Virus record (IMG/VR): IMGVR_UViG_3300022752_000320
Coordinates: 1 to 27,216 of that record
Reading direction: 5' to 3' (one strand)
DNA: 27,216 nucleotides
Source of the DNA: a virus
Taxonomy: Duplodnaviria; Caudoviricetes
Part shown: positions 17,955 through 26,473 of the stretch, in pieces
Layout of the letters: each line of letters begins with the position of its first letter
Numbering within the stretch: position 1 is the stretch's first letter
Position numbers and translations under genes: made by a program
Notes under the pieces: generated by a model
Databases searched by the model: none
Seen by the model: the letters and a program-made list of their open reading frames with translations, nothing else
Told to the model about the DNA's origin: nothing

Positions 17955-18275
17955 TCAAGATGCTTTTTCTATCGGAGCCATCGCCTTCCGAAGATCAAAA
18001 GCCACGTTGACAGGGCTTGACCCATATCTCGATCCAAGGGTGGCATACCCACATAGGTCATCCCAGTGATCCCTGACACCGCTGTCACCTGACAGGATTC
18101 GCGCCAGCTTGGATGCAATCATCTCGAACGACTCTTTCTGCGAGTCGGGTATCTTCTCCCAGTTAGGTCCTGACCTGAATACTTCTTTCAAGGACTGAGA
18201 AATCCGTGACACGTCTTTGTAGTCTCCGTGTTGCTTCTCGCGCTCTGTCAGTAACTTCTCAATATCAGCCATCAT
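17955..18275 (-). CDS. DUF6378-like protein
   Basis: ER...HGDY...K.ARI..GD....DHW.D..GYA.L; AAGGAG RBS. Confidence 0.8.
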   Translation of the reverse strand: MMADIEKLLTEREKQHGDYKDVSRISQSLKEVFRSGPNWEKIPDSQKESFEMIASKLARILSGDSGVRDHWDDLCGYATLGSRYGSSPVNVAFDLRKAMAPIEKAS

Positions 18276-18777
18276 TCTTCTCCTTCTTCAATGACTTGCC
18301 TTCGTGTTTATACACGCCGTGCATAACTGACGTGTGATCCATGCCAAAGAAACTACCGATCTTTGGATATGAAAGGTTTAGTTCGTAACGCATCCGATAA
18401 AACGCCTCGTGACGCGCAATAGATAACTTCTGTCTCCGTGACCGGATCATAAGATCGTCAAGAGTGTAGCCATGCTTGTCAGCGACTTCCTTCGCTATGT
18501 CACGCATCGACTTCTTGCCGCCTTCCTTCTTGGCCTTGCGAAGACCCGCGATACTCTCCTCATACTCCCTCATATGTTGCTCTGAGATAATGATCCTCGG
18601 ACCTTTGTCAGACGCGATGATCTCCGTGATCGTCGGCTCTTGGACCTCGGTTATTGGCTCAGGCTCTGGCTCCGGAGTCTTTGGAACAATGACGTTCTTC
18701 GTAAGATTTTTTCTGACCTGACGATAATGTGCCGCCATGTCACGGGCATCAGTGAACACTTGATGATCCTTCAGCAT
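18265..18777 (-). CDS. Protein with a stand-alone DnaA domain IV (Bac_DnaA_C-like HTH)
   Basis: VA...G.T..DL...SR......AR..A.Y......LSYPKIG.FFG.DHTSVMHG; no AAA+ domain; GAGGAG RBS. Confidence 0.85.
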   Translation of the reverse strand: MLKDHQVFTDARDMAAHYRQVRKNLTKNVIVPKTPEPEPEPITEVQEPTITEIIASDKGPRIIISEQHMREYEESIAGLRKAKKEGGKKSMRDIAKEVADKHGYTLDDLMIRSRRQKLSIARHEAFYRMRYELNLSYPKIGSFFGMDHTSVMHGVYKHEGKSLKKEKNDG

Positions 18778-19243
18778 TTGACTCCTCTTCCATATCCAAG
18801 TTCTGCCGCTTAAGTCTCACGGCTTCCCACACTACGTTCGTTATCGTGTTGTATAAGTCTCTCGCTTCTTCGTTGCTGTCAGTCGATACCAAGCAACCAT
18901 CAATAGCGTGACCAATGAATGCCGATATGACAACGGTTTGAATCTTCATCGCGTCCCTGTCAGAGTTTGCAAGACCGCAAGTCTCAGCCAGATCAAACAC
19001 ACGCGACAAAAGCATCTGCATGATGTTCTCGCAGTGGAGTGCAAAGACCGCCGCCTTGGCGATCTTTGTATCTTGGTTCATGACATTCATGTGTGTCATG
19101 CGATGGCTGATGGCATCAACGCAAGCTGACTGGGAGATATATTCTGGCACACCTGCTTTTGTGAGTGCGCTGACTGCTTTCTCGACTGCCGCATCCAAAC
19201 GCTCGGCAATCTTCATCATCTCGTCTTGACCCATCTTCGACAT
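18749..19243 (-). CDS. Hypothetical all-helical protein
   Basis: 164-aa ORF in a tight operon. Confidence 0.7.
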   Translation of the reverse strand: MSKMGQDEMMKIAERLDAAVEKAVSALTKAGVPEYISQSACVDAISHRMTHMNVMNQDTKIAKAAVFALHCENIMQMLLSRVFDLAETCGLANSDRDAMKIQTVVISAFIGHAIDGCLVSTDSNEEARDLYNTITNVVWEAVRLKRQNLDMEEESNAEGSSSVH

Positions 19244-19244
19244 G

Positions 19245-19547
19245 TCACTTCTCGTCCTTCTTCTCTAACTCGTAATAGTCTTTGTAGATTGCCATCATGA
19301 CATCGCCCATCGCCTTCAAGGCACTCGTCGGATCAGTTCCAGAGATGGCGTATAGCTTCGCCAACTGCATCGACATAACCGCTGACACAACAGTGAAAGC
19401 CGTTGACATGTCACCCTTGTTCTCGTCAAAGACCTCGGTGACCATCGCCTTTAGCTTCTTGTCAAACTTGTCACCCATCTCATACTGCTTGGGAAACATA
19501 GCCTTCGCCGTCTCACGTGACAGCTTGATCGCGTTGAGTTCAAGCAT
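19245..19547 (-). CDS. Hypothetical all-helical protein
   Basis: GAGGAAG RBS; tight packing. Confidence 0.7.
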   Translation of the reverse strand: MLELNAIKLSRETAKAMFPKQYEMGDKFDKKLKAMVTEVFDENKGDMSTAFTVVSAVMSMQLAKLYAISGTDPTSALKAMGDVMMAIYKDYYELEKKDEK

Positions 19548-19851
19548 CGTCTTCTTCCTCTGCTTCTTTCACACGCTCGACAATGTGATCAACCAACTGT
19601 GCCAAAAGATTATCGACAGCTTTCCTCTGACCATTGCACATAAGCAGAAGACCTGTGACACCCGCTTCAATGGCAGATGACGCGGCATAGACCATCGCCT
19701 CTGTTGTCACCTTGCGCGTGTCCTTCTGGTATTGATCCAAGATATCAAACATAGCCTTCTTGGTTGGACCGTGAACACTCCTCGTGATCTTTTCGATCTC
19801 TTCCTGTGTCAGCTTGTTCTCAAGTTCTTTAATGTCTTCACCCGTAATCAT
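19540..19851 (-). CDS. Hypothetical all-helical protein
   Basis: ATGA coupling; AAGGAAG RBS. Confidence 0.7.
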   Translation of the reverse strand: MITGEDIKELENKLTQEEIEKITRSVHGPTKKAMFDILDQYQKDTRKVTTEAMVYAASSAIEAGVTGLLLMCNGQRKAVDNLLAQLVDHIVERVKEAEEEDDA

Positions 19852-20042
19852 TTCACTTCTTCCTTCTGGTTAAATGCTAATTTATATCCATCGTATTCTT
19901 CTACGTAAACGTCACCATCTACAGCATCGTCCCAATCGCTTGGCTCTGATCCACCAAAGGCAATGTCACGCGCTTGGTCTTCGTTGTCAGCTTCGACAAC
20001 AATGTCTTGATATGTCAGCAGTGTCACAAGATACTTAGGCAT
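19848..20042 (-). CDS. Small acidic protein (V.VEA.NE.QA...A motif, DpnD/PcfM-like)
   Basis: GAGGAGAAAGG RBS before the ATG at 20042. Confidence 0.7.
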   Translation of the reverse strand: MPKYLVTLLTYQDIVVEADNEDQARDIAFGGSEPSDWDDAVDGDVYVEEYDGYKLAFNQKEEVK

Positions 20043-20055
20043 TTCCTTTCTCCTC

Positions 20056-20475
20056 TCACCACGATGAATGATATTCAAAGTCCCAATTGTCTGGGAATTT
20101 TTCCAAGGCATTTTCAATCATCTCAACAGTGCCGTTGAGATAATCAAAGTAATACTCGCCAAACTCTGTGCCACCAAAGAAGAACCCGTCTGCTGTTGGT
20201 AACAGTTCAGGAGCCTTTTCAGGTTCCGCGATGACACGTTTACAGATGTCAACAAGGGCTTTGAGTTTGTCACGTGTTACGGGGTATGAATCGCAATCAT
20301 CATCGCCGTTCTGAACATTGTTAACAAACCAATCATGAATGGCGTTGGCCTTCCGCCAATAGGCGGCTTCGACTTCAATCCGTCTTACGTGATACCCTTT
20401 TGGTATCTCGTCAATCTTAGGCTCCTCATTGGGCCAATAGAAACGCCTAGCGTTTAGATACATATCAAGTCCCAT
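20056..20475 (-). CDS. Conserved phage protein (MGLDMYL...YWRKANAIH.WF...GFFFG...Y.SSW family)
   Basis: Recognisable motif set; AAGGAG RBS. Confidence 0.85.
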   Translation of the reverse strand: MGLDMYLNARRFYWPNEEPKIDEIPKGYHVRRIEVEAAYWRKANAIHDWFVNNVQNGDDDCDSYPVTRDKLKALVDICKRVIAEPEKAPELLPTADGFFFGGTEFGEYYFDYLNGTVEMIENALEKFPDNWDFEYHSSW

Positions 20476-20486
20476 AATCTTTCTCC

Positions 20487-20795
20487 TTATGCGCGACGCA
20501 AACCAACACCGAAACCGCCACCGATGCGGAGACTGCGGTCGCTGTCATCATCGTCTTCGTCGTTGTCTATTTGTTTCGTAAAGTGACTGAAGTTCTCAAA
20601 CTCGCCTAGAACGTATCTAAAATACTTAGACTCTGACACGGTCAGACTGACCTGCGATGTCTTGCCGTTCTGGCTCTGCGTGACCCGCACGACAGACGGC
20701 ATACCTTGGATGTATTCCACAGTCGTATCGACGCTCTCGCCTCGGTCATCGGACCTTTGCAGGGTGACAGATGATTTTAATTTCGTTGTCATCAC
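20487..20795 (-). CDS. Hypothetical protein
   Basis: GTGA overlap; GAGAGG RBS. Confidence 0.65.
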   Translation of the reverse strand: MMTTKLKSSVTLQRSDDRGESVDTTVEYIQGMPSVVRVTQSQNGKTSQVSLTVSESKYFRYVLGEFENFSHFTKQIDNDEDDDDSDRSLRIGGGFGVGLRRA

Positions 20796-21001
20796 GCGGC
20801 CCTCTCTGTTTCGATGATCCGGATGTCACCCTCTACGCCGATAGAGTATTCGGCAGGGTTGGGGGCATACATGGAACGCATTTTTTGATTGATCTGGTCA
20901 ACACGCGCTTGTGCCTTGGCGTAGGTGTCATACTCCTCGACCCACGTGTCAGCAGATGATGGTGTCCGTTGCCAAAGGTTAATAAGGTATGTTTTCTTCA
21001 T
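20792..21001 (-). CDS. Hypothetical protein (69 aa)
   Basis: AGGAGAAAG RBS before the ATG at 21001. Confidence 0.7.
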   Translation of the reverse strand: MKKTYLINLWQRTPSSADTWVEEYDTYAKAQARVDQINQKMRSMYAPNPAEYSIGVEGDIRIIETERAA

Positions 21002-21055
21002 GGTCTTTCTCCTAATTCTAAAAGGGATGATGGTGACGGCTTGCAAAGTTTAACA

Positions 21056-21190
21056 GGGAAATGTCAGTCGCCTACCTGATGGCCCCGAACAATGCCTTTT
21101 CTCGACTATCCAGTGACGGGGAAAAACAAGACAAAACCCGTCACTGGCTTACGTTCACCCGTTGCCGTCGCGGCTGTGGACGAACTTCCC
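21056..21190 (-). ncRNA. Candidate structured intergenic RNA (closing stem plus three hairpins)
   Basis: GGGAA/UUCCC closing stem; GUUCGUCC/GGGUGAAC; perfect 11-bp CCAGUGACGGG/CCCGUCACUGG; AGUCG/CGACU. No known family recognised. Confidence 0.4.
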
Positions 21191-21191
21191 A

Positions 21192-21455
21192 TCAGGCGGC
21201 AACTGTGTTGGCGGCGTCAATGCTACGCAAAGAGCGGTTCTGCTCAATGATATCAAAACGCTCGCCCAATTTATCCTTGAAGTCTAAGAAGGTCATAGGC
21301 TCAACTTCGAAGTGTTCCATCCTCATCAGGCCTTCGACCTTCATCAAAAACTCTTTAGCCTTCTCAGCCTCTTCGCCGTTCGTGAAGATAACCTCAATGT
21401 CTGCGAGAGTGTCTGCCACTTCTACAAGGGCTTGGATTTTATGAACGGTGGTCAT
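21192..21455 (-). CDS. Hypothetical protein (87 aa)
   Basis: AGAAAGG RBS before the ATG at 21455; first gene after the promoter. Confidence 0.7.
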   Translation of the reverse strand: MTTVHKIQALVEVADTLADIEVIFTNGEEAEKAKEFLMKVEGLMRMEHFEVEPMTFLDFKDKLGERFDIIEQNRSLRSIDAANTVAA

Positions 21456-21516
21456 TGGTAAACCTTTCTTGGTTCTCGGTTCTCGGTCATCGGTTCTTTC
21501 TTCTACCGATGCACAC

Positions 21517-21544
21517 ACCCTATCATCTTTCCACAGGCTGTCAA
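21517..21544 (-). promoter_or_regulatory. Putative sigma70 promoter for the long minus-strand operon
   Basis: TTGACA-N16-TAGGGT with an extended TGn. Confidence 0.55.
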
Positions 21545-21558
21545 ATAAAATTGTCGAC

Positions 21559-21567
21559 TGTGGATAA
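21559..21567 (-). promoter_or_regulatory. Perfect DnaA box (TTATCCACA)
   Basis: TGTGGATAA on the plus strand; a degenerate inverted copy CTTTCCACA lies at 21527-21535. Confidence 0.55.
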
Positions 21568-21738
21568 CTTTTTTATAATCTAATGATTTCAAGGGGTTAG
21601 TTGGGTGACGTAGTTGTTGCGCTGACCACGCCACCCAAAAACGATTCGATCAGATCAGAGGTCCGATGTCAACAGGGCAAACAAATCTGATCACATTGGT
21701 AGAATAAATTGACACCGTTGTTGCTCAAGTGAGCGACG

Positions 21739-22029
21739 TCATTCAGCCTTGGGTCGTTCCAAAAAGAAGACGCGATATCGGACCTTCTTTGTCTCGCCGT
21801 CAATCTCGGGGATGCTTCGCAACATCAGGTGTCCGTAGATATCAGGATAACGTTTCTGGTAGTAGTTGAGTGATGATGTGATCAGGGAACGCTCCGCTCG
21901 GCTTTGGGCAAGAATACTTACCCCCACTTTAATTTGTTCAATGTCAAAGGTCCGCTTCTGTGTCGCCTTGCGATACTTCTTCGGCTCGTAGGGGATGCCT
22001 TCTTCAACTTGAAATCTAAACTCGGTCAT
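21739..22029 (-). CDS. Small basic phage protein, possibly DNA-binding
   Basis: AAGGAG RBS; VEEGIP.P...F....VG.S...RVF pattern. Confidence 0.75.
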   Translation of the reverse strand: MTEFRFQVEEGIPYEPKKYRKATQKRTFDIEQIKVGVSILAQSRAERSLITSSLNYYQKRYPDIYGHLMLRSIPEIDGETKKVRYRVFFLERPKAE

Positions 22030-22079
22030 GGATAGTGTCTCCTTGTGTCATGGATAGAGTAAGATAGATAACGGCGTGA

Positions 22080-22109
22080 CAGATAGAGTGACAGGTAGGG
22101 GATGTCAAG
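22080..22109 (-). promoter_or_regulatory. Putative promoter (CTTGAC-N17-CTATCT)
   Basis: One mismatch to the rhizobial sigma70 consensus CTTGAC-N17-CTATAT; overlapped by two CTGTCAC sites. Confidence 0.55.
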
Positions 22110-22146
22110 AAGGGCTGTGGGTAGCGGTCCTCGGACCTTGGAACTT

Positions 22147-22507
22147 GGCAAGACTCTTTTTGCTATAAGAGGGAGGGGAGGACGAAGTGTTGCTGATGTC
22201 TTTACAAGTAACATAAGTTATTGAAAACAAAGTATAAAGAGAGAGTCTACCCAAACTATATCACACAGAGTCTTTCCAAAGCCTTTCCTAAAATTATGAT
22301 GATAAATCAAAGTGTTATGGTATGAGGCCAAACCGTAAAGGGCTTTTTTTACCTTTTAGAGAAATTTTTTTTTGCTCAAGATTTCTTCAAAAGAGTCTTT
22401 CCGGTTTGGCTGGATCGGTTAAGGTATTGAACAATAAGGAGTATTTTAGGCAAGACATCGGACAGACATCGGACAGGGGGTGTCACATTATAAGGCAGAG
22501 TCTTTCC
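22147..22507. repeat. Dispersed 11-bp repeats AGAGTCTTTCC
   Basis: Exact at 22267, 22392 and 22497; inverted 10/11 at 22147; 9/11 at 22242. Confidence 0.75.
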
Positions 22508-22619
22508 CTTTTTATTCTCTATACAGTTTATTTCTGTGTTGACGTGCGCGAGGATTACCAAGTGTTGATCGATGATCAAATGGTAAGAAAGCCTTTTATG
22601 TAATAATATCAAATACTTA
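22214..22619. promoter_or_regulatory. Cluster of IHF-consensus sites (WATCAANNNNTTR)
   Basis: Exact at 22305-22317 and 22607-22619; near matches on the minus strand at 22214-22226 and 22420-22432. Confidence 0.6.
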
Positions 22620-22700
22620 GCTTGTTTCCCCAGTTCCTTATAGCAAAACCTTGAGGTGACAACGGAAACTGTCTATAACCTTGGTGACAGGAGGCATGAC

Positions 22701-23360
22701 ATGGGACGCTTCATTCGTCGGAGGGTGAAGGACATCCGAACGATACCGCCAGACCTTCCTGCTTTCAGGGCAGTCGGCAACCCGCGCAGAGAGTTGGGCA
22801 TCACTGAAAAGCAGGAGCGTTTTGCTCGGTATGTGGCGGGTGGTAGTATGACATACACCGAAGCGGCGGCTAAGGCGGGGTTCACTAAGAAGTGGTCCCA
22901 CATCTATGGCCCCAAGTTAATGAATCCGAGATACTTCCCCAAGGTTGTCGAGAGGGTGAGGCAGATGAAAGAACAGTTAGCGATCCGGACAGACCTGACC
23001 TTTGATGGTCACGTGACAAAGATGGCAGAGATCAGAGACGCAGCAATGGAGAAAGGAAACTTCACTGCTGCTGTCGCTGCCGAGAAGTCACGGGGTCAGG
23101 CAGCAGGCTTCTACGTGTCACGGTCTGAGATTATGGTCGGCAAGATAGACCAGATGTCACGCGAGGAGGTGCTGGCAGAGATTCGCAGGCTTCAGTCTGA
23201 GTTCCCCACCCTTGCAAGTATGCCAGCAGGCCCCGTCATAGATGTCATCCCAAACAATGAGGTCATAGATGTCGAGATCGATACCCCTGACAACCGAAGT
23301 GAAAATGTGGCGGTCTTTGCGGGGGAAGATCAAGACGGGGGTTCAATGGACGAGGCTTGA
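22701..23360 (+). CDS. terS: Terminase small subunit
   Basis: ITEKQERFA...TEAAAKAGF (N-terminal HTH), IRDAAMEKGNFTAAVAAE..RG.AAG.YV; AGGAGG RBS 6 nt before the ATG at 22701. Confidence 0.75.
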   Translation: MGRFIRRRVKDIRTIPPDLPAFRAVGNPRRELGITEKQERFARYVAGGSMTYTEAAAKAGFTKKWSHIYGPKLMNPRYFPKVVERVRQMKEQLAIRTDLTFDGHVTKMAEIRDAAMEKGNFTAAVAAEKSRGQAAGFYVSRSEIMVGKIDQMSREEVLAEIRRLQSEFPTLASMPAGPVIDVIPNNEVIDVEIDTPDNRSENVAVFAGEDQDGGSMDEA

Positions 23361-23724
23361 GGCGCGAGTCGGAGCTGGGATGCCTGACATAAACGGTGCT
23401 GTCACCGAAGGCGAGTTCTGGCTGGAGCTGAAGGTCTGCAAGACAAAGCGATTCAAGACGGCTGGCCTTTGGCGACCTCATCAGGTGTCATGGCAGTTCA
23501 GTAGGTCAAAGGTGTTTCACAACGTCTGGAATGTTGTGAGCCACCCAGAGGATAATAAAGTTTATGTTTTTGGTTGCGACAAGATTTTGAAACTCAACGA
23601 ACCGGATATCAGTGTGACACCTGACTTTGTTATGGAAGGCCCCTTCGATTGGGGATTGATGTTGGATTTTATCAAGGCGCAACTTAAAAAATGCGCCGCT
23701 ATGGATGAGTGCGCGGATGCCTAA
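23269..23724 (+). CDS. PD-(D/E)xK nuclease, VRR-NUC or Holliday-junction-resolvase-like
   Basis: E..MW...RLE....GMPD...WLELK...RPHQ..W. Confidence 0.8.
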   Translation: MSRSIPLTTEVKMWRSLRGKIKTGVQWTRLEARVGAGMPDINGAVTEGEFWLELKVCKTKRFKTAGLWRPHQVSWQFSRSKVFHNVWNVVSHPEDNKVYVFGCDKILKLNEPDISVTPDFVMEGPFDWGLMLDFIKAQLKKCAAMDECADA

Positions 23725-24022
23725 GATTATACCCTTGAAAACCACGGCCCAGTTCTCTCGTTGGGCGGTCGAGAATCGTGACAAGCACAAGATCAGTCAG
23801 CGTAAATTGTTGCGGCTTGCCAGCCTGTCACATGCCACGCTGACAAAGGTTGGTGAGAATACTGACATGCGCTTATCCACTGCCGCGCAGATAGCGCGGG
23901 TGTTCGGATATCAGCTTGCGCTTGTCGAGATTCCGATTCCTGACACGCAACAAAAAGCCCCCGCCACGGATGGCGAGGGCGATGGTGTCACGGCTGACAC
24001 GGTGTCACCTTCGGGGGTGTAG
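23705..24022 (+). CDS. XRE/Cro-like HTH protein
   Basis: R....ISQRKL...ASLSHATL.......MRLST...IA..FG; the start may be 23717. Confidence 0.65.
   Translation: MSARMPKIIPLKTTAQFSRWAVENRDKHKISQRKLLRLASLSHATLTKVGENTDMRLSTAAQIARVFGYQLALVEIPIPDTQQKAPATDGEGDGVTADTVSPSGV
23952..23980 (-). terminator. Intrinsic terminator of the AAA/vWA operon, embedded antisense in the HTH gene tail
   Basis: Minus strand GCCCTCGCCA-TCCG-TGGCGGGGGC-TTTTT. Confidence 0.75.
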
Positions 24023-24226
24023 GTTGTCGGCTATCATGTCGAGAATGCGTGACCCTGAATGCGCTTCGAATAGTTGGCCCCGCACGTTGAGGGCCTTCCA
24101 TCGCGTCCGGTCTTTCGGCATCCGTTCTATCCAAGCCTCCACTGCACCGCCCCGCAGGACGATGAGCGCATCGCGCCCATCCCCCCGCACTTCAAGCCCC
24201 AAGGCTTCCAAGACATCAAGCCTCAT
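24005..24226 (-). CDS. Hypothetical protein (73 aa)
   Basis: ATG at 24226 overlaps the upstream gene end; followed by the terminator. Confidence 0.55.
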   Translation of the reverse strand: MRLDVLEALGLEVRGDGRDALIVLRGGAVEAWIERMPKDRTRWKALNVRGQLFEAHSGSRILDMIADNLHPRR

Positions 24227-25088
24227 GATCGATGCCGCCGTATTGTTTGAGCATCGCGTCGAACCACTCTTCGGGCTTGTTGACCAGATCGTCTTCCATG
24301 TGAGGCGCGGCGATGCAGAGCATGTCGTCGGAGCCAATGACACGGGACAGAACGGGCCGCATGTTTGCGCGTGACCACGTGTGATCGTTATAGGGCCACC
24401 TAAGCCACCCGCTATCGCCCACCTCATTACTGACAACCGCATAGACCATGCCACGTGAGACGGCTGTCGATGTCATGACATGCGCGGCACGAGCAAGGTC
24501 GAGCGGTGCGGTGTCCATCCGCCACCAAGCGTGGACGGTATTATTCTGACCCTCAGGAAGGGATGACCCGCCGCACCATAACTCCACTGGGCGGATGGCT
24601 GACAGGGCGCGGACTAGTGCGAGGATGAGCGCACCCCGTTTCTGCAACGTCGAGGATTTAATTCCCGCCGAAGATACCAGATCAACACACACCGCGAGCG
24701 GTGCGGTTTCCGTTGCAACACGTGTTCGGCGTCTCATGTTGAGGGGATGGCCTGATAGGAATGCGGGAACATTCGTTGACCCACCTATAACATCACGCAC
24801 CGACTCAAAAGCACCGCGCACAGGGGCAAGGTTTTCAAACTTAGTTAGCCAAGCGTCACTGGCGGCCACACCTGATATGTCACCATCGCGGGTAAAGCGC
24901 ACCGCATCGTCGTATGACATGCCGCCTGTCCAGTCGTTGCCCTTTTTGCATTCCTTGCGATTGTGATTTTCGGTCGGGACGGTTAAGGCCTTGTCGGCAA
25001 AGCCCGACAGGGTGTCGCTGATAAGGAATACGTCCTTTCCATCTTTTTTGGGGCAGGTGTCGATAACGTTGAAGATGATCTTACGCAT
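24216..25088 (-). CDS. vWA-like (DUF7192-like) partner of the AAA+ ATPase
   Basis: GG..NVPAFLSGHP.NM, then beta-strand VCVDLVSSAG and helix RGALILALV..L...PVELW; adjacent to a MoxR-like ATPase. Confidence 0.65.
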   Translation of the reverse strand: MRKIIFNVIDTCPKKDGKDVFLISDTLSGFADKALTVPTENHNRKECKKGNDWTGGMSYDDAVRFTRDGDISGVAASDAWLTKFENLAPVRGAFESVRDVIGGSTNVPAFLSGHPLNMRRRTRVATETAPLAVCVDLVSSAGIKSSTLQKRGALILALVRALSAIRPVELWCGGSSLPEGQNNTVHAWWRMDTAPLDLARAAHVMTSTAVSRGMVYAVVSNEVGDSGWLRWPYNDHTWSRANMRPVLSRVIGSDDMLCIAAPHMEDDLVNKPEEWFDAMLKQYGGIDHEA

Positions 25089-25117
25089 GGTGTTGGTGTC
25101 CTTTCTCTTTCGGTTGA

Positions 25118-26473
25118 TCAGGCGCGGCCTTCAACGATCTTTCGTTGATCGTCGGTCAGGTTTGCAAGGTAGGTGAGGTTTGCCGCTTCCTCGTGTGTGA
25201 AGCCCCCCGCAATAAGCGCGGCACCTGCGACAGAAGCGCGGGGCGTGATCAACACCTTAAGACCCGCCGCAGAGGCGCGGACACGTGAGGCCTGAACCCG
25301 TTTTGCGAATTCGGCGTTTCCGCAGATAGCCTGTTCCAATGCTACATCGTAGCCCCACGACAGGCGGACGCCGAAGCGGTCGAGGAAAGCGGCATCGATT
25401 TTTGTGCGACCCACGTAATCGCTTGTAGCACCGAGGCCCCACGTGTTGCCTGTGCTTACAATACGGCAATCAGGGTGCCGCTTGATCAAGCGATCAGGGA
25501 AAGCGGCTATTCCGTTGGACAACGCACCGTTAAGCGCAAGCACCGCCGCATTATCTGAGCCATCGACTTCGTCGAAAAGGTAAACGCCGCCGTGTTCGAA
25601 CGCATCGCGAAAGGGTGTTCTGCGATATACCCCGTTCGCGTCTTCGTAGCCAAGCAACTGGAACGCATCACGCAAAGCGCCGTTGTAGTAGAACGGTTGA
25701 CCCGCCGCATCGGCAAATGCCTTTACGGAATGCGTTTTGCCAGAGCCTGCGGGGCCTGCAATCCAAACGTTGGGCGTGAACCCGTCAGCGGCGCGGCATG
25801 ACAGGGCGCGGCATAGCGTGATATACATAGGGTGATGATGGCCTGACGTTTCCCCGACTACAACACCGTTTGATGTTAGCTCGATTTTTGTGGCCGACAT
25901 GTTAGCCAGTGCTTCTTCGACTTTCGGTGCGACCGAACCCCACACCTCTTCAAGTGCGTGTCCTTTAATAATGTCCCAGAGCGGTTTTCCTGCATCGTTT
26001 TTGTCAAACGAGGGGCGCGACACCGTGACAGGCGCGGCCTTCGTTTTGGTTTCCGCCGCCGCTGTTGTCTCCGCCGCCGCTGTCGATCCGTATTTCTCGG
26101 CACGGGCGACGATGTTGGAGATGGTGGTGAATTGACGGTCCGTTGCGGCCCCGTCCTGTTTTGTTTTTATGGTGTTGAATATGTCGCGGCAAAGCATCGC
26201 CTCTTTGATTGTGAGGTGATTGTCGATCAGGTTAAAACGGGCTTCGAGGGCGGCGACAGTATCGGCGGAGCGGGTGCGTTCTTTCATAGTGTCTGTGCTT
26301 TCTGTTGATGTCAGGGTTTTCACATCGATATCCAAGGCCTTCGCGGCGGCAAGCAGATCATCTTTTCCCATCGTTGCGATGCCCTGACCCGTTGCCTTTT
26401 TATAATCCTCCCAACGGGGGCTAGATGTGATTGCCTTGCGGAGAAGGGCGCGATGTTGAGCTGAAAGGTCCAT
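25118..26473 (-). CDS. MoxR/CbbQ/CobS-like AAA+ ATPase with long N-terminal extension
   Basis: Walker A GPAGSGKT, Walker B YLFDEVD, HPDC...TGNT.G.G, DAAFLDRF (Arg finger). Confidence 0.9.
   Translation of the reverse strand: MDLSAQHRALLRKAITSSPRWEDYKKATGQGIATMGKDDLLAAAKALDIDVKTLTSTESTDTMKERTRSADTVAALEARFNLIDNHLTIKEAMLCRDIFNTIKTKQDGAATDRQFTTISNIVARAEKYGSTAAAETTAAAETKTKAAPVTVSRPSFDKNDAGKPLWDIIKGHALEEVWGSVAPKVEEALANMSATKIELTSNGVVVGETSGHHHPMYITLCRALSCRAADGFTPNVWIAGPAGSGKTHSVKAFADAAGQPFYYNGALRDAFQLLGYEDANGVYRRTPFRDAFEHGGVYLFDEVDGSDNAAVLALNGALSNGIAAFPDRLIKRHPDCRIVSTGNTWGLGATSDYVGRTKIDAAFLDRFGVRLSWGYDVALEQAICGNAEFAKRVQASRVRASAAGLKVLITPRASVAGAALIAGGFTHEEAANLTYLANLTDDQRKIVEGRA

Noticed and set aside
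21472-21496. Alphaproteobacterial LexA box (GTTC-N7-GTTC)
   Set aside because: GTTC spacings are N3 and N10, not N7.
22076-22094. Pho box from two CTGTCAC direct repeats
   Set aside because: The period is 12 bp rather than 11, and the motif is so abundant that pairs arise by chance.
22322-22612. ORFs 22322..22603 and 22376..22612
   Set aside because: AT-rich repeat-laden intergenic DNA; no RBS; atypical composition.
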